A program made the translations under genes and the position numbers. From assembly GCF_000010625.1 (NCBI RefSeq), contig NC_010296.1, positions 1,260,001-1,292,000 of the forward strand: 32,000 bases of DNA, written 5' to 3'. A model generated the notes under the pieces. It did not search any database, was not told where the DNA came from, and saw nothing but the letters and a program-made list of their open reading frames with translations. Positions 15,057-24,555 of this stretch are shown piece by piece. The first letter of the stretch is position 1; every line of letters starts with the position of its first letter. This stretch comes from Microcystis aeruginosa NIES-843. GTDB lineage: Bacteria; Cyanobacteriota; Cyanobacteriia; Cyanobacteriales; Microcystaceae.

Positions 15057-18000
15057 TTAACTGGATAAAGTGCGACGTTTCATGACCATTTCGTAGGCTT
15101 CGATAATGTCGCCTTCTTTCCAGTCATTGAATTTAGAAACACCGACACCGCACTCGAAACCGGTAGCTACTTCCCGGGCATCTTCCTTCATCCGTTTGAG
15201 GGAATCGAGAACTCCCTGATAAACAATTTCCTTGCCGCGACGCACGCGCAGGAAGCGGTTCCGCACCAGTTTACCAGATTGGACATAACAGCCCGCCACA
15301 GCCCCACGACCGACGGTGAAGACGGCGCGCACTTCGGCGAAACCGAGGTGTTCTTCCACTTCTTCGGGGTCGAGAAGACCTTCCATCGCCCCTTGAATAT
15401 CATCGAGAAGCTTGTAGATGATATTGTAATCGCGGATATCGACCCCTTCCCGATCGGCGGATGCGCGCGCACCACTGGCAAGGGTGGTATTAAAGCCCAC
15501 CACCACCGCACCACTAGCGGCGGCCAGATCCACATCGGTTTCGGTGATTTCCCCCGGAGAGGCGAGGAGAACGCGAATCTGCACTTCGTTTTGGGGTAAC
15601 TGTTTGAGCGCACCGAGGATGGCCTCGACGGAACCTTGCACATCTGCCTTGAGGATGAGATTAAGTTCCTTGAGTTGTCCTTCTTGAGCTTGGATAGAGA
15701 GGGTGCTAAGGCTAACGCGACGGGAGGAGAGGGCCTGTTGTAAACGGGTGTTGCGTCGTTCGATCGCCCGTTGATCAGCGATTGATCGGGCCTCTTTCTC
15801 ACTTTCATAGACATCGAACTCATCGCCAGCGGCCGGCACATCACTGAGACCGAGGATTTCCACGGCAAAGGAGGGGGTGGCCGCTTCGACTTTTTGACCG
15901 CGATCATCGATCATGGCCCGAATTTTGCCGAAAACGGAACCGGCGACGATGCTATCACCGACGCGGAGAGTGCCATTCTGGACGAGCAGGGTAGCCACGG
16001 GGCCTTTGGTGCGATCGAGGTTAGCTTCGATGACGGTTCCCTTCGCCAAGCGGTCGGGGTTAGCGACCAATTCCTCCACTTCTGCCACCAAGAGGATCAT
16101 TTCCAGCAGATTATCGAGATTTTCACCCCGCAGGGCGCTCACGGGAACCATGATCGTCTCACCGCCCCAATCTTCGGCCACCAGTCCCTGTTCGGTCAAT
16201 TCCTGTTTAATCCGGTCGGGGTTAGCCGAGGGTTTATCCACTTTGTTAATCGCCACCACGATGGGGACTTCGGCGGCCCTGGCGTGACTGATTGCCTCTT
16301 TCGTTTGGGGTTGTACGCCGTCATCGGCGGCTACCACCAGCACGGCTATATCGGTGACTCTCGCCCCGCGGGCGCGCATAGCGGTAAAAGCTTCGTGGCC
16401 GGGGGTATCCAAAAAGACAATCTGTTCCGGTTTGCCGTTATGTTCCACATCGACGTGGTAAGCACCGATGTGCTGGGTGATGCCGCCTGCTTCCCCCTGG
16501 GCGACTTTGGTTTTGCGGATCGAGTCGAGGAGGGTGGTTTTACCGTGGTCAACGTGACCCATAATGGTGACGACGGGGGGACGACGCTGGAGACTTTCCC
16601 AGTCGGAGACATCGATCATTTCCGTGGTTTTGATCGCCGCCGACTGGGTGCTGGGGGTTTCCACGGCGATCTCGAAGTCCCTGGCGATCATTTCGATCGT
16701 GTCCACGTCGAGAGTTTGGGTGATATTAACCGCCATCCCTTTAAAAAATAGGGTTCTGATGATCTCAGTTTCGGGGACTTTCATCAATTCCGAGAGGTCG
16801 CGCACGGTGAGACTGCCGGTGACAACGATGCTTTCCGGGCGTTTTTCCTCTTGGGGTTCTTGGCGCTCGCTTTTCGGGCTGCCGGTGTGGGCGGTTGGTT
16901 TACTGGGCCGCTTAACTTTGACTGCTGTTGGGGTGCCGGGGGGGGCAGCTTTAGCGGTGGGCGGTTTGGGGGGACGAGCGGTGGAGAGGGTAAAACTGGG
17001 GGTATTAATTAACCCGGACAGTTCCGATTCTAGATCATCGTCATCTTCAAAGAGCGCTTGGGTGCGGCGTTTGTTTTTGCCGGCAGTTTTGGCGGTTTTG
17101 GCCGCTTTTTTTTCTTCCTCTTCTTCTTCTTCCCAGGTAGATTTTTTGGCCATGCGAGGGGGCATGGTGGGTCGTTTGAGTTTTTTGGGCCCGTCTGCTC
17201 CGAGCAATCCGGTATCTGTATCGATTTCTGTGCCATCAACACCAGATTTCTTGGTGGTATCGGTTTCCTCCTCGCTGGTAGCCGAGATTTTAGCGGGTAA
17301 CCCGGGGCGAACCGGGCGCTTCAACTCCACTGTCTCCCGCACTTCTCTAGCTGGTTCCGCCAGTTTCGGGCTTTTTCCGTCGGGTTTGCGGTTGAGGGTC
17401 GGTTTTTCTGGTTTAGCCAAGCCTACCCTACGCTCAGGACTAGGGGCGTTTTCGCTCTCGCCGCGCTCGCGTTTTTCTCCCCGGGGCCTGTCGTTACTGC
17501 CAGGAGCATTTTTAGATCGGGGTTCTGGCCGTCCCGAGGCAGTTTCAGGGCGTGGTTTCGGGGTGAGGGAAGGTCGATTAGGTGGGGCGATTAAGGTGGG
17601 GGCTGCTTCTGGCACTAGCGGGGTTTCGGTCGGGGTTTCTTTAACACTGGGGCTATGAGATAGCATCTCTGCTGCAGTGGGGGGAGTTTTTTCGGCCGCC
17701 TCGTCGCGCCCTGGGGGAGCAACGAGGGGTTTAACCGGGGGACGGGGGGGACTGATTAAAGTCGGTTTGGCCGAGGAACCGGCTTGACCGGGATAGCTTT
17801 CCCCTTCTTCGCCGGTTTCGGGGCGGTTGTGTTTATGCAGGGCTAAAATCTTTTGTTTTTTTTCTTCGGCAGGACTAGCCGATTCTCGCTGACCCGTGCT
17901 ATTTTTACTGGTACTCGAGGCCAATCCCTTCGCAGCGATTGCTTTGATGCGTTGGGCATCCTCTTCGCTGATCGTGCTACTGTGGCTCTTGTACTCGATG

Positions 18001-18089
18001 TTCAACTGGTCACAGATGTCCAAAATGTCTTTGTTGTCTAGATTCAATTCTTTTGATAAATCGTAAATTCTGACTTTCGTGTTACTCAT
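15057..18089 (-). CDS. infB: Translation initiation factor IF-2
   Basis: 1010 aa. G-domain motifs are [20 protein letters not shown] and NKVD. Long Pro/Lys/Glu-rich N-terminal linker as in cyanobacterial IF-2. Lies downstream of nusA-ylxR. Confidence 0.97.
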   Translation of the reverse strand: MSNTKVRIYDLSKELNLDNKDILDICDQLNIEYKSHSSTISEEDAQRIKAIAAKGLASSTSKNSTGQRESASPAEEKKQKILALHKHNRPETGEEGESYPGQAGSSAKPTLISPPRPPVKPLVAPPGRDEAAEKTPPTAAEMLSHSPSVKETPTETPLVPEAAPTLIAPPNRPSLTPKPRPETASGRPEPRSKNAPGSNDRPRGEKRERGESENAPSPERRVGLAKPEKPTLNRKPDGKSPKLAEPAREVRETVELKRPVRPGLPAKISATSEEETDTTKKSGVDGTEIDTDTGLLGADGPKKLKRPTMPPRMAKKSTWEEEEEEEKKAAKTAKTAGKNKRRTQALFEDDDDLESELSGLINTPSFTLSTARPPKPPTAKAAPPGTPTAVKVKRPSKPTAHTGSPKSERQEPQEEKRPESIVVTGSLTVRDLSELMKVPETEIIRTLFFKGMAVNITQTLDVDTIEMIARDFEIAVETPSTQSAAIKTTEMIDVSDWESLQRRPPVVTIMGHVDHGKTTLLDSIRKTKVAQGEAGGITQHIGAYHVDVEHNGKPEQIVFLDTPGHEAFTAMRARGARVTDIAVLVVAADDGVQPQTKEAISHARAAEVPIVVAINKVDKPSANPDRIKQELTEQGLVAEDWGGETIMVPVSALRGENLDNLLEMILLVAEVEELVANPDRLAKGTVIEANLDRTKGPVATLLVQNGTLRVGDSIVAGSVFGKIRAMIDDRGQKVEAATPSFAVEILGLSDVPAAGDEFDVYESEKEARSIADQRAIERRNTRLQQALSSRRVSLSTLSIQAQEGQLKELNLILKADVQGSVEAILGALKQLPQNEVQIRVLLASPGEITETDVDLAAASGAVVVGFNTTLASGARASADREGVDIRDYNIIYKLLDDIQGAMEGLLDPEEVEEHLGFAEVRAVFTVGRGAVAGCYVQSGKLVRNRFLRVRRGKEIVYQGVLDSLKRMKEDAREVATGFECGVGVSKFNDWKEGDIIEAYEMVMKRRTLSS

Positions 18090-18200
18090 CCATTATCCCC
18101 CGGCTAAAGTGTTAGTGATCCTATAAGTTGGCTGATTTTTTGATCCTCTCAGGACTGCCCCCTTTCCATGCTAACGATTTTGTGGCTATGATCGTCAATT

Positions 18201-18482
18201 TTAATCCTGATTTGAACGACCTTGCTTGGCAGTCCCGAGGCGCTCTTGCAAGGATTCATAGAGCGTTTCGGGAATATTGGCTTTTAGGGCCCGTCCGAGA
18301 CGATTTTTTTGCCGGGCTAATTGCAGGCAATTAGGTTGCGGACAGATATAGGCAGCCCTTCCCATTCCTTGATCTAATTGTATCTGTCCGGACGGGTGTA
18401 GTCGGACAATTCGCCAAAAGGATTCTTTCGGGGCGAAGAGACGGCAGCTAATACAGCGTCGATAATTGACGAAGGGGTTCAT
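18201..18482 (-). CDS. ylxR: YlxR/RnpM family (DUF448) RNA-binding protein
   Basis: 93 aa. RRCISCR...K..F.RIV...G....D......GR.AYIC....C motif. Conserved position between nusA and infB. Its ATG overlaps the nusA stop (ATGA, 18479-18482). Confidence 0.85.
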   Translation of the reverse strand: MNPFVNYRRCISCRLFAPKESFWRIVRLHPSGQIQLDQGMGRAAYICPQPNCLQLARQKNRLGRALKANIPETLYESLQERLGTAKQGRSNQD

Positions 18483-19675
18483 TCTTGGTCTAAATCCTGC
18501 GCTTCTGGGTCGGTTTCATCGGTTTTTACCTCTTGTTCGCCTTTATAGAGGACTATATCCTTAATATCGATTTTCCAGCCCGTCAGACGGGCGGCTAGAC
18601 GCACGTTCTGCCCTTCTTTGCCAATCGCTAAACTTAATTGATCCTGTGCCACCAGTACCAATGCTTGTCTTTCTTCGGCATTAGTGAACAAAACTTGGTC
18701 GATACGGGCGGGACTAAGGGCATTGGCGATGTAGGTGGCGGGATCTGGAGACCAGCGAATCACGTCGATTTTTTCCCCCCGCAATTCGTTAACCACGGCT
18801 TGAATCCTGGAACCTCTAGCCCCAATACAAGCCCCAACCGGATCCACGTCTCTCTCTAAGGTATCGACGGCGATTTTTGTCCGCGAACCAACGTGACGGG
18901 AGGGGGGATTGGCTTCCCGGGCGACGGCGACAATACGCACGATTTCCTCCTCGATTTCGGGAACTTCGTTGGCGAACAAATATACTACCAAACCCGCCGC
19001 CGCTCTGGAAACGATTAATTGCGGGCCGCGGTGAGAACCTTCCAGGACTTTTTTGAGCAGAACTTTAAAGGTGGCGTTAGCGCGATAGTTATCGTTGGGT
19101 AGCTGTTCCCGTTTGGGTAGTTCTGCTTCCACTTCCGGTTGACCGTAGGTGCTTTGTACCATGACAATAGCGGCCTGTCTTTCAAAACGGACGACCCGGG
19201 CCTGTAAAACCGTTCCTTCCAGATCTTGGAACTCCTCTTGAATCAATTTGCGTTGGTTATCCCGCAGTTTTTGCAGTAAAACCTGTTTAGTTTGAATCGC
19301 CGCCATGCGACCAAATTCTTTTTGGTCGGGGGTGACATCAAGAACTACTTCATCCCCTAACTGGGCCTCATCGGCCACTTCTTGCACTTCTTTGAGACCG
19401 ATGTGATGGTCGGGATTGGTCACTTCTTCGACAATAGTTTTAGTAGAAAGGATGCGAAAGCCTTCTTCTTCTACGTCTAATTCCACATCAAAGTTATTGA
19501 AATAATCTTCATGGAATTGAGCAGCTTTTTCTAAACTTTGGGCGCGTCGATAACGTTCGTAACCCTTGATAAGTGCTTCACGCAAAGCCTCCTGTACGGC
19601 ATTTTTGGGCAGATTATGTCGTTGGCTAATTTCTTCGAGCATTATTTTTAAACCAGGCAAATTAACAGTAGCCAT
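18479..19675 (-). CDS. nusA: Transcription termination/antitermination factor NusA
   Basis: 398 aa. N-terminal NusA domain (ISQRHNLPKNAVQEALREAL), S1 domain (GTVLQARVVRFERQAAIVMV), two KH domains (DPVGACIGARGSRIQAVVNEL, LSLAIGKEGQNVRLAARLTGWKIDI). Confidence 0.95.
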   Translation of the reverse strand: MATVNLPGLKIMLEEISQRHNLPKNAVQEALREALIKGYERYRRAQSLEKAAQFHEDYFNNFDVELDVEEEGFRILSTKTIVEEVTNPDHHIGLKEVQEVADEAQLGDEVVLDVTPDQKEFGRMAAIQTKQVLLQKLRDNQRKLIQEEFQDLEGTVLQARVVRFERQAAIVMVQSTYGQPEVEAELPKREQLPNDNYRANATFKVLLKKVLEGSHRGPQLIVSRAAAGLVVYLFANEVPEIEEEIVRIVAVAREANPPSRHVGSRTKIAVDTLERDVDPVGACIGARGSRIQAVVNELRGEKIDVIRWSPDPATYIANALSPARIDQVLFTNAEERQALVLVAQDQLSLAIGKEGQNVRLAARLTGWKIDIKDIVLYKGEQEVKTDETDPEAQDLDQE

Positions 19676-19724
19676 AATTATTTTTTCTCCTTACTTTTGA
19701 GTTATTAGTTTTTTAGCCGTCAGC

Positions 19725-19766
19725 TTATCAGTTATCAGTTATCAGTTATCAGTTATCAGTTATCAG
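19725..19766. repeat. Tandem heptamer array (TTATCAG)x6
   Basis: Six perfect copies read directly. This is the left arm of the rimP-nusA spacer element. TAAGTTTTAAGTT follows at 19770-19782. Confidence 0.92.
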
Positions 19767-20013
19767 ATGTAAGTTTTAAGTTAATCAGTTAGTTATTTAT
19801 TTAGGTTCTTCGTTACTTGGCATGGTTCGATAGGGGAGCATAAATCGACTAAATCCTTATCTGGTAAGAGACTTAATTGATTAGTTCGCTCTAGATCAAA
19901 AACAATTGACAAAAATCGCCAAATGCCTTTCTATATAAGGGTTACATCCCTTATAACCCCCGTCTATTGCATAACACAAACCGAAGAGCCTTTATTTATC
20001 TTCATCTTTATCC

Positions 20014-20079
20014 CTGATTACTGATTACTGATTACTGATTACTGATTACTGATCACTGATTACTGATTACTGATTACTG
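20014..20079. repeat. Tandem heptamer array (CTGATTA)x9, one CTGATCA variant
   Basis: Nine copies at 20014-20076 plus CTG. This is the right arm of the spacer element. It overlaps the last three codons and the stop of rimP (stop at 20067-20069). Confidence 0.92.
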
Positions 20080-20537
20080 CGCCGCTCATCTAAACGGACG
20101 CTGATGACAGTAGTGCGATCGATGGTCAGGGAGCGACCTTTTTGGTTAAGATAAATAGATTGCTCATCTCTACCTTGCAGTTTTCCGCGCCATTCTTGCG
20201 GTTTTCCTTGGCTATCCTGGCCGGTAACGATGACGGGAAAACCTTTAAAAGACTGAAATTCGCGCTCGCTGCTCAGTTGTCGAGAAATGCCGGGGCTAGA
20301 TATTTCTAAAACGTAGGCCCCGGGTAAGATTTCTTGACTGTCGAGGGCGGTTTCTAAGGCCCGACTCATCTGCTCACAGTCCTCTAAACCAGTATCTCCC
20401 GCAAGATTGCGAATATCGACGCGCAGGACGGGAGGCCTTTTATTGGTTTGGAAAACGATATCGACCACTTCTAGCCCCAAGTTTTCAGCGATAGGGATGG
20501 CTAGGTGCAGCAGGTCGGGGATGAGCGGATGGGTCAT
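20067..20537 (-). CDS. rimP: Ribosome maturation factor RimP
   Basis: 156 aa. Typical RimP N-terminal block (ENLGLEVVDIVFQTNKRPPVLRVDI) and LEISSPGISRQL. First gene of the rimP-nusA-ylxR-infB cluster. Confidence 0.9.
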   Translation of the reverse strand: MTHPLIPDLLHLAIPIAENLGLEVVDIVFQTNKRPPVLRVDIRNLAGDTGLEDCEQMSRALETALDSQEILPGAYVLEISSPGISRQLSSEREFQSFKGFPVIVTGQDSQGKPQEWRGKLQGRDEQSIYLNQKGRSLTIDRTTVISVRLDERRSNQ

Positions 20538-20549
20538 GATTTAGACAAC

Positions 20550-20571
20550 AAAAAAAGCGGGCGAAACCCAC
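20550..20571 (-). promoter_or_regulatory. Terminator-like hairpin plus U7 in the rimP leader (candidate attenuator)
   Basis: The minus-strand RNA reads GUGGG-UUUCG-CCCGC-UUUUUUU. This is a 5-bp stem with one G.U pair and a 5-nt loop, then U7 (20550-20556), ending 12 nt before the rimP AUG (20537). Confidence 0.3.
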
Positions 20572-20751
20572 TTCCCTAAACTTTTAGTGATTGGGATAGG
20601 CAGTTGTTAGACTACCTAGCTAAATACAATATAGCAAAAAACCGTCATCACTATTTGCCACCGGGGTCGTGCCTAGGGGAACACAGAACAGTGGTCACGA
20701 TCGAGTCGATCTGTCACAATGAATACAGGGTAACTAGATATAGAGTCAATT

Positions 20752-22647
20752 ATGGATCAAAAATCTCCACTCACCGTAGTTAGAGCCAAGTCAGCTAAGA
20801 ATCGTGGTCGTCGGCCAGTATGGAAAGGGATTGTCACCACTTGGATGATTCTGCAAACCTTTGGCCATGTCACTCCTGCTTGGAGTCAAAAAAACCAAAA
20901 TACCCTCACCTACGGTGAATTGTTAGAGAAGATCGACCAAGGAAAGGTAAAAAAGGTCGAAATCAATCCTTCTTTGCAGCAGGCAGCAGTTACCCTCGTC
21001 GGTCAAACGGACAAGGATCCCCCGAAAGAAGTCAATTTATTTGACCAAAATCCCGAATTAATCAAGAAACTGGATGCTGAAAAAATTGAGTACGGCATTC
21101 TCCCCAGCACTGACAATTCGGCCTTGATCAATGTTCTCACTAACCTGTTAGTGATTATTCTCGTCTTGGGATTATTGGTGTTTATTATCCGTCGTTCTGC
21201 CAATGCTTCCGGTCAAGCGATGAACTTCGGTAAATCAAGGGCGCGGTTTCAGATGGAGGCGAAAACTGGCATAGAATTTAATGATGTGGCGGGTGTGGAT
21301 GAGGCCAAGGAAGATCTAGAGGAAGTGGTGACATTCCTCAAACAACCAGAAAAATTTACGGCTATTGGCGCAAAAATCCCGAAAGGAGTCCTGTTAATTG
21401 GTCCCCCGGGGACGGGAAAAACTTTACTGGCTAAAGCGATCGCGGGAGAGGCGGGAGTACCTTTTTTCAGCATCTCCGGGTCGGAATTTGTGGAGATGTT
21501 TGTCGGGGTTGGTGCGTCGCGAGTGCGAGATCTGTTCCGAAAAGCCCAGGAAAATGCCCCTTGTTTGGTTTTTATCGATGAAATTGATGCCGTTGGTCGT
21601 CAAAGAGGGATCGGTTATGGGGGAGGTAATGATGAACGGGAACAAACCCTGAACCAATTATTGACGGAAATGGACGGTTTTGAGGGAAATACTGGCATTA
21701 TCGTCATTGCCGCCACCAACAGGCCTGATGTTTTGGATTCGGCCTTGCTGCGTCCGGGTCGTTTTGACCGACAGGTGGTGGTGGATTATCCAGATTCTAA
21801 GGGACGTTTGGCCATTTTGGAGGTCCATTCTCGCTATAAAAAGGTGGCTGCTGATGTGGCTCTGGAGGCGATCGCCCGGCGCACCCCCGGTTTTACTGGG
21901 GCAGATTTGGCGAATATGCTCAACGAAGCGGCGATTTTTACCGCTAGACGGCGCAAAGAGGCGATTACTATGGAGGAGGTCAACGATGCGATCGATCGGA
22001 TTGTGGCCGGTATGGAAGGGCGAGCTTTAGTGGATAGTAAAGCCAAGCGTTTGATCGCCTATCATGAAGTCGGCCATGCGATTGTCGGTACTCTCTGTCC
22101 CGGTCACGATCAAGTGGAAAAAGTCACCCTGATTCCCCGGGGGCAAGCGCAGGGGTTAACTTGGTTCACTCCTGATGAAGAACAGGGTTTAACCAGTCGT
22201 TCCCAGTTATTAGCCCGAATTGCGGGATTATTAGGGGGACGGGTGGCGGAGGAATGTGTCTTCGGTGAGGATGAAGTGACTACCGGGGCCGGTAATGATA
22301 TTGAAAAAATCACCTATCTGGCCCGACAGATGGTAACGCGTCTGGGAATGTCGGAATTGGGATTGATTGCTCTAGAGGAGGAGGGCAATTCCTATCTCGG
22401 TGGTGCTGCTGCTGGTTATCATGCCGACCATTCTTTCGCGATGATGGCGAAAATTGATTCACAAGTACGGGAACTTGTCAAGCAATGCCACGATTTAGCA
22501 ACAAAACTTATCCTTGACAATCGTGTGGCGATTGATCGCTTGGTGGATATACTGATTGAACAGGAAACCATTGACGGCGACGAATTCCGGCGTTTATTGA
22601 CGGAATTTCAGCAACAAGCGGCTCGGTCAATGGTGACTACGGTTTAA
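20752..22647 (+). CDS. ftsH: ATP-dependent zinc metalloprotease FtsH
   Basis: 631 aa. Two TM segments, Walker A GPPGTGKT, Walker [10 protein letters not shown], second region of homology [20 protein letters not shown], zinc site HEVGHA. Confidence 0.96.
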   Translation: MDQKSPLTVVRAKSAKNRGRRPVWKGIVTTWMILQTFGHVTPAWSQKNQNTLTYGELLEKIDQGKVKKVEINPSLQQAAVTLVGQTDKDPPKEVNLFDQNPELIKKLDAEKIEYGILPSTDNSALINVLTNLLVIILVLGLLVFIIRRSANASGQAMNFGKSRARFQMEAKTGIEFNDVAGVDEAKEDLEEVVTFLKQPEKFTAIGAKIPKGVLLIGPPGTGKTLLAKAIAGEAGVPFFSISGSEFVEMFVGVGASRVRDLFRKAQENAPCLVFIDEIDAVGRQRGIGYGGGNDEREQTLNQLLTEMDGFEGNTGIIVIAATNRPDVLDSALLRPGRFDRQVVVDYPDSKGRLAILEVHSRYKKVAADVALEAIARRTPGFTGADLANMLNEAAIFTARRRKEAITMEEVNDAIDRIVAGMEGRALVDSKAKRLIAYHEVGHAIVGTLCPGHDQVEKVTLIPRGQAQGLTWFTPDEEQGLTSRSQLLARIAGLLGGRVAEECVFGEDEVTTGAGNDIEKITYLARQMVTRLGMSELGLIALEEEGNSYLGGAAAGYHADHSFAMMAKIDSQVRELVKQCHDLATKLILDNRVAIDRLVDILIEQETIDGDEFRRLLTEFQQQAARSMVTTV

Positions 22648-22655
22648 TTTGCCCT

Positions 22656-22694
22656 TCGTCTCCTCGCTTCGATTCAGGGGTTAGGAGACGATTT
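22656..22694 (+). terminator. Candidate ftsH terminator hairpin
   Basis: 9-bp stem TCGTCTCCT (22656-22664) / AGGAGACGA (22683-22691) with an 18-nt loop, followed by TTT. It starts 9 nt after the stop. The T-tract is short, so confidence is moderate to low. Confidence 0.4.
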
Positions 22695-22821
22695 CAGCAG
22701 ACAATCTGCTAAGCTAAACGGCGCTTAACCTGCATGATCCAACAGCTATAACCCTTTTGGAGTCTATATCGGTGATCCGAAGTAAAAGCCGTTTAGCTTA
22801 ATCAGTCGGACAAAGCCAGAA

Positions 22822-23610
22822 TTAACGACTAACATTGTGAGCGGGAATTTTATTAATGGAATGGCCGTTATGATTGCCTTTGGTGGAGGCAATAATATTA
22901 GCTTCTAAAGCTGAAGTCATCTCGGCCAACATTTCTAGATTGAAACGATAGCCGACGTTGCGGACGGTTTGAATTAAATTAGGTTGCCTGGGATCGGTTT
23001 CGATTTTTTTCCGCAGAGAGAGAACATGAGTATCAATTGTCCGGGGATTATCGATTTCCTCGGGCCAAGCGCGACGCAGTAAATCGGCTCTTGATAGGGG
23101 TGTTCCCTCCGCTTGGGCTAAAACGTAGAGTAGGCTAAATTCTTGGGGGGTTAATTCGATATACTCCCCGCGAAATTGTACCCGTCTTTGGGCTAAATCT
23201 ATTTTTAATTGCCCATAATCCAAGTGTAGGGGAGCAGCCCTACTGCCTAAACGACGGGTTAACACTTCTACCCTAGCCATAAATTCTTGCATTCCAAAGG
23301 GCTTTTTCAGGTAGTCGTCGGCCCCAGCTTTTAAACCATTGACCACATCTTTTTCGCCATTGCGGGCCGAGAGAATCAGTATTAAAGACTGTTTTTGTTG
23401 ATAAAGCCAACGGCAGAGTTCGATCCCATCCCCATCTGGCAAGTCGGAATCGATAATTGCTAAGGTTGGTTGACGATGAAGGAAAGTTTGACGCGCACTT
23501 TGCAGGGTTGCCGATTGATTAACCAAATAACCGGCCTGTTGCAGATGCCAAGCTAATAGCGATCGCAAGTGCGGGTTGCCCTCAACAATAGAAATATGGA
23601 TCGATACCAC
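22822..23610 (-). CDS. OmpR/PhoB-family response regulator (receiver plus winged-helix)
   Basis: 262 aa with GTG start. Receiver with phospho-acceptor context LAIIDSDLPDGDG, LILSARNG and DDYLKKPF. Winged-helix block is LTPQEFSLLYVLAQAEG...IDTHVLSLRKKIE...IQTVRNVGYRF. The beta1 end reads IVEGN rather than the usual DD/ED pair. Confidence 0.9.
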   Translation of the reverse strand: MVSIHISIVEGNPHLRSLLAWHLQQAGYLVNQSATLQSARQTFLHRQPTLAIIDSDLPDGDGIELCRWLYQQKQSLILILSARNGEKDVVNGLKAGADDYLKKPFGMQEFMARVEVLTRRLGSRAAPLHLDYGQLKIDLAQRRVQFRGEYIELTPQEFSLLYVLAQAEGTPLSRADLLRRAWPEEIDNPRTIDTHVLSLRKKIETDPRQPNLIQTVRNVGYRFNLEMLAEMTSALEANIIASTKGNHNGHSINKIPAHNVSR

Positions 23611-23779
23611 TTGAGTTTCTGCCCCATTACTGCACAGATTGACACATTGTCAGGGTATCAGAATTAATGTCAAGATGTTGTAACAATCGTAACATTCGTT
23701 AGCTGTCAGCTTTTTTCTCCCTGCTCCCATCTCCCCCCGCAACGCGCACGAAGTGGTCTCCCCATCTCCTCTTATGCTC

Positions 23780-23811
23780 AAAAAAAACTCGTTTACTTTT
23801 GCGTAAACGAG
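23780..23811 (-). terminator. Rho-independent terminator after the DUF3155-like gene
   Basis: 9-bp perfect stem CTCGTTTAC (23788-23796) / GTAAACGAG (23803-23811) with a 6-nt loop. On the minus strand it is followed by U8 (A8 at 23780-23787). It begins 36 nt downstream of the stop at 23847. Confidence 0.78.
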
Positions 23812-23846
23812 TTTACTTTCCATGATATGATTAATAGTCCTGGGAA

Positions 23847-24167
23847 TTATTTGGCAACTGCTACCGGTGCTTTGACGGGCTGGGGCTGGGGCTGCAGGTC
23901 GCGCAAACTTGGGAAAAGGAAGTGGTTTTCCTCCACATATTGCGCTCCAAACAGTCCTTTTTCAGCCCAGAAATAGCGATCGGTTGTATGCTCGTTACGC
24001 TTAACAATCAATAAAGCTGGTGGGCTAATGCCTATAGCTTGAATATACTTACGCGCCGCAGTTACGGGTTTATCTTCGCCACTTTCAATACTATACTGGG
24101 GTATAAGTTCAAGTATCTTACGTCCTTCTTGACGACGGCGACTTTTACGTTTCCGTTTTCTGGCCAA
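23847..24167 (-). CDS. Small conserved cyanobacterial protein (DUF3155-like, from memory)
   Basis: 106 aa. Basic N-terminus ARKRKRKSRRRQEGR, then YSIESGEDKPVTAARKYIQAIGISPPALLIVKRNEHTTDRYFWAEKGLFGAQYVEENHFLFPSLR. TTG start preceded by AGGAGG 8 nt upstream. Confidence 0.65.
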   Translation of the reverse strand: MARKRKRKSRRRQEGRKILELIPQYSIESGEDKPVTAARKYIQAIGISPPALLIVKRNEHTTDRYFWAEKGLFGAQYVEENHFLFPSLRDLQPQPQPVKAPVAVAK

Positions 24168-24555
24168 CCCAATTACCTCCTGTTTTGGCTAATCGTTGTA
24201 ATGATAGTTACAAAAGCCGTAGCAATTATATCTGTTCTAGACCAAGAAATCAAGTGTCTCTCACAAACCCAATTACAGACAAGTTTGACTAGAAGCTAGA
24301 CTGAGACTAGGTTTAAGTTTTTGTTACAAAAACACACCCACAAATATCGATACAAAACTTATTATTCTTAAACTTTTTTTAATATATACCGTGATCCACC
24401 CCGAAAATAGTGACCAAACCCTTGTCCTAATTGCTTTTTGCCGGTTGCCCTCGACTCAAGAGGAGGGTCATTCTCCCCTATGTAAACTGGGAAACAAAAC
24501 TCGCAACCCTAGCTGTATCTAGGTTTTCTGATTTTTTACTTTTTACTTTCTTGGT

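Noticed and set aside
15894-17658. Long plus-strand ORFs antisense to infB (285 aa at 15894-16751, 364 aa at 16564-17658, others at 15279-15687)
   Set aside because: They lie entirely inside the strongly supported IF-2 gene. Their translations are low-complexity (Gly/Ser/Arg/Val runs) with no motifs. They are typical shadow frames of a GC-rich, codon-biased gene.
10625-19917. Identical 13-mer ATTGACAAAAATC at 10625-10637 and 19905-19917 (plus GATTGACAAAAAG at 8677-8689) as a shared promoter or element
   Set aside because: The flanks are unrelated and no properly spaced -10 follows any copy. At 10625 the plus strand points into an antisense gene. It is most simply a chance recurrence of an AT-rich TTGACA-containing word.
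24039-24299. 86-aa plus-strand ORF overlapping the 5' end of the DUF3155-like gene
   Set aside because: It is antisense to a gene that has a strong SD and conserved-looking sequence. Its own sequence is hydrophobic and low-complexity without motifs.
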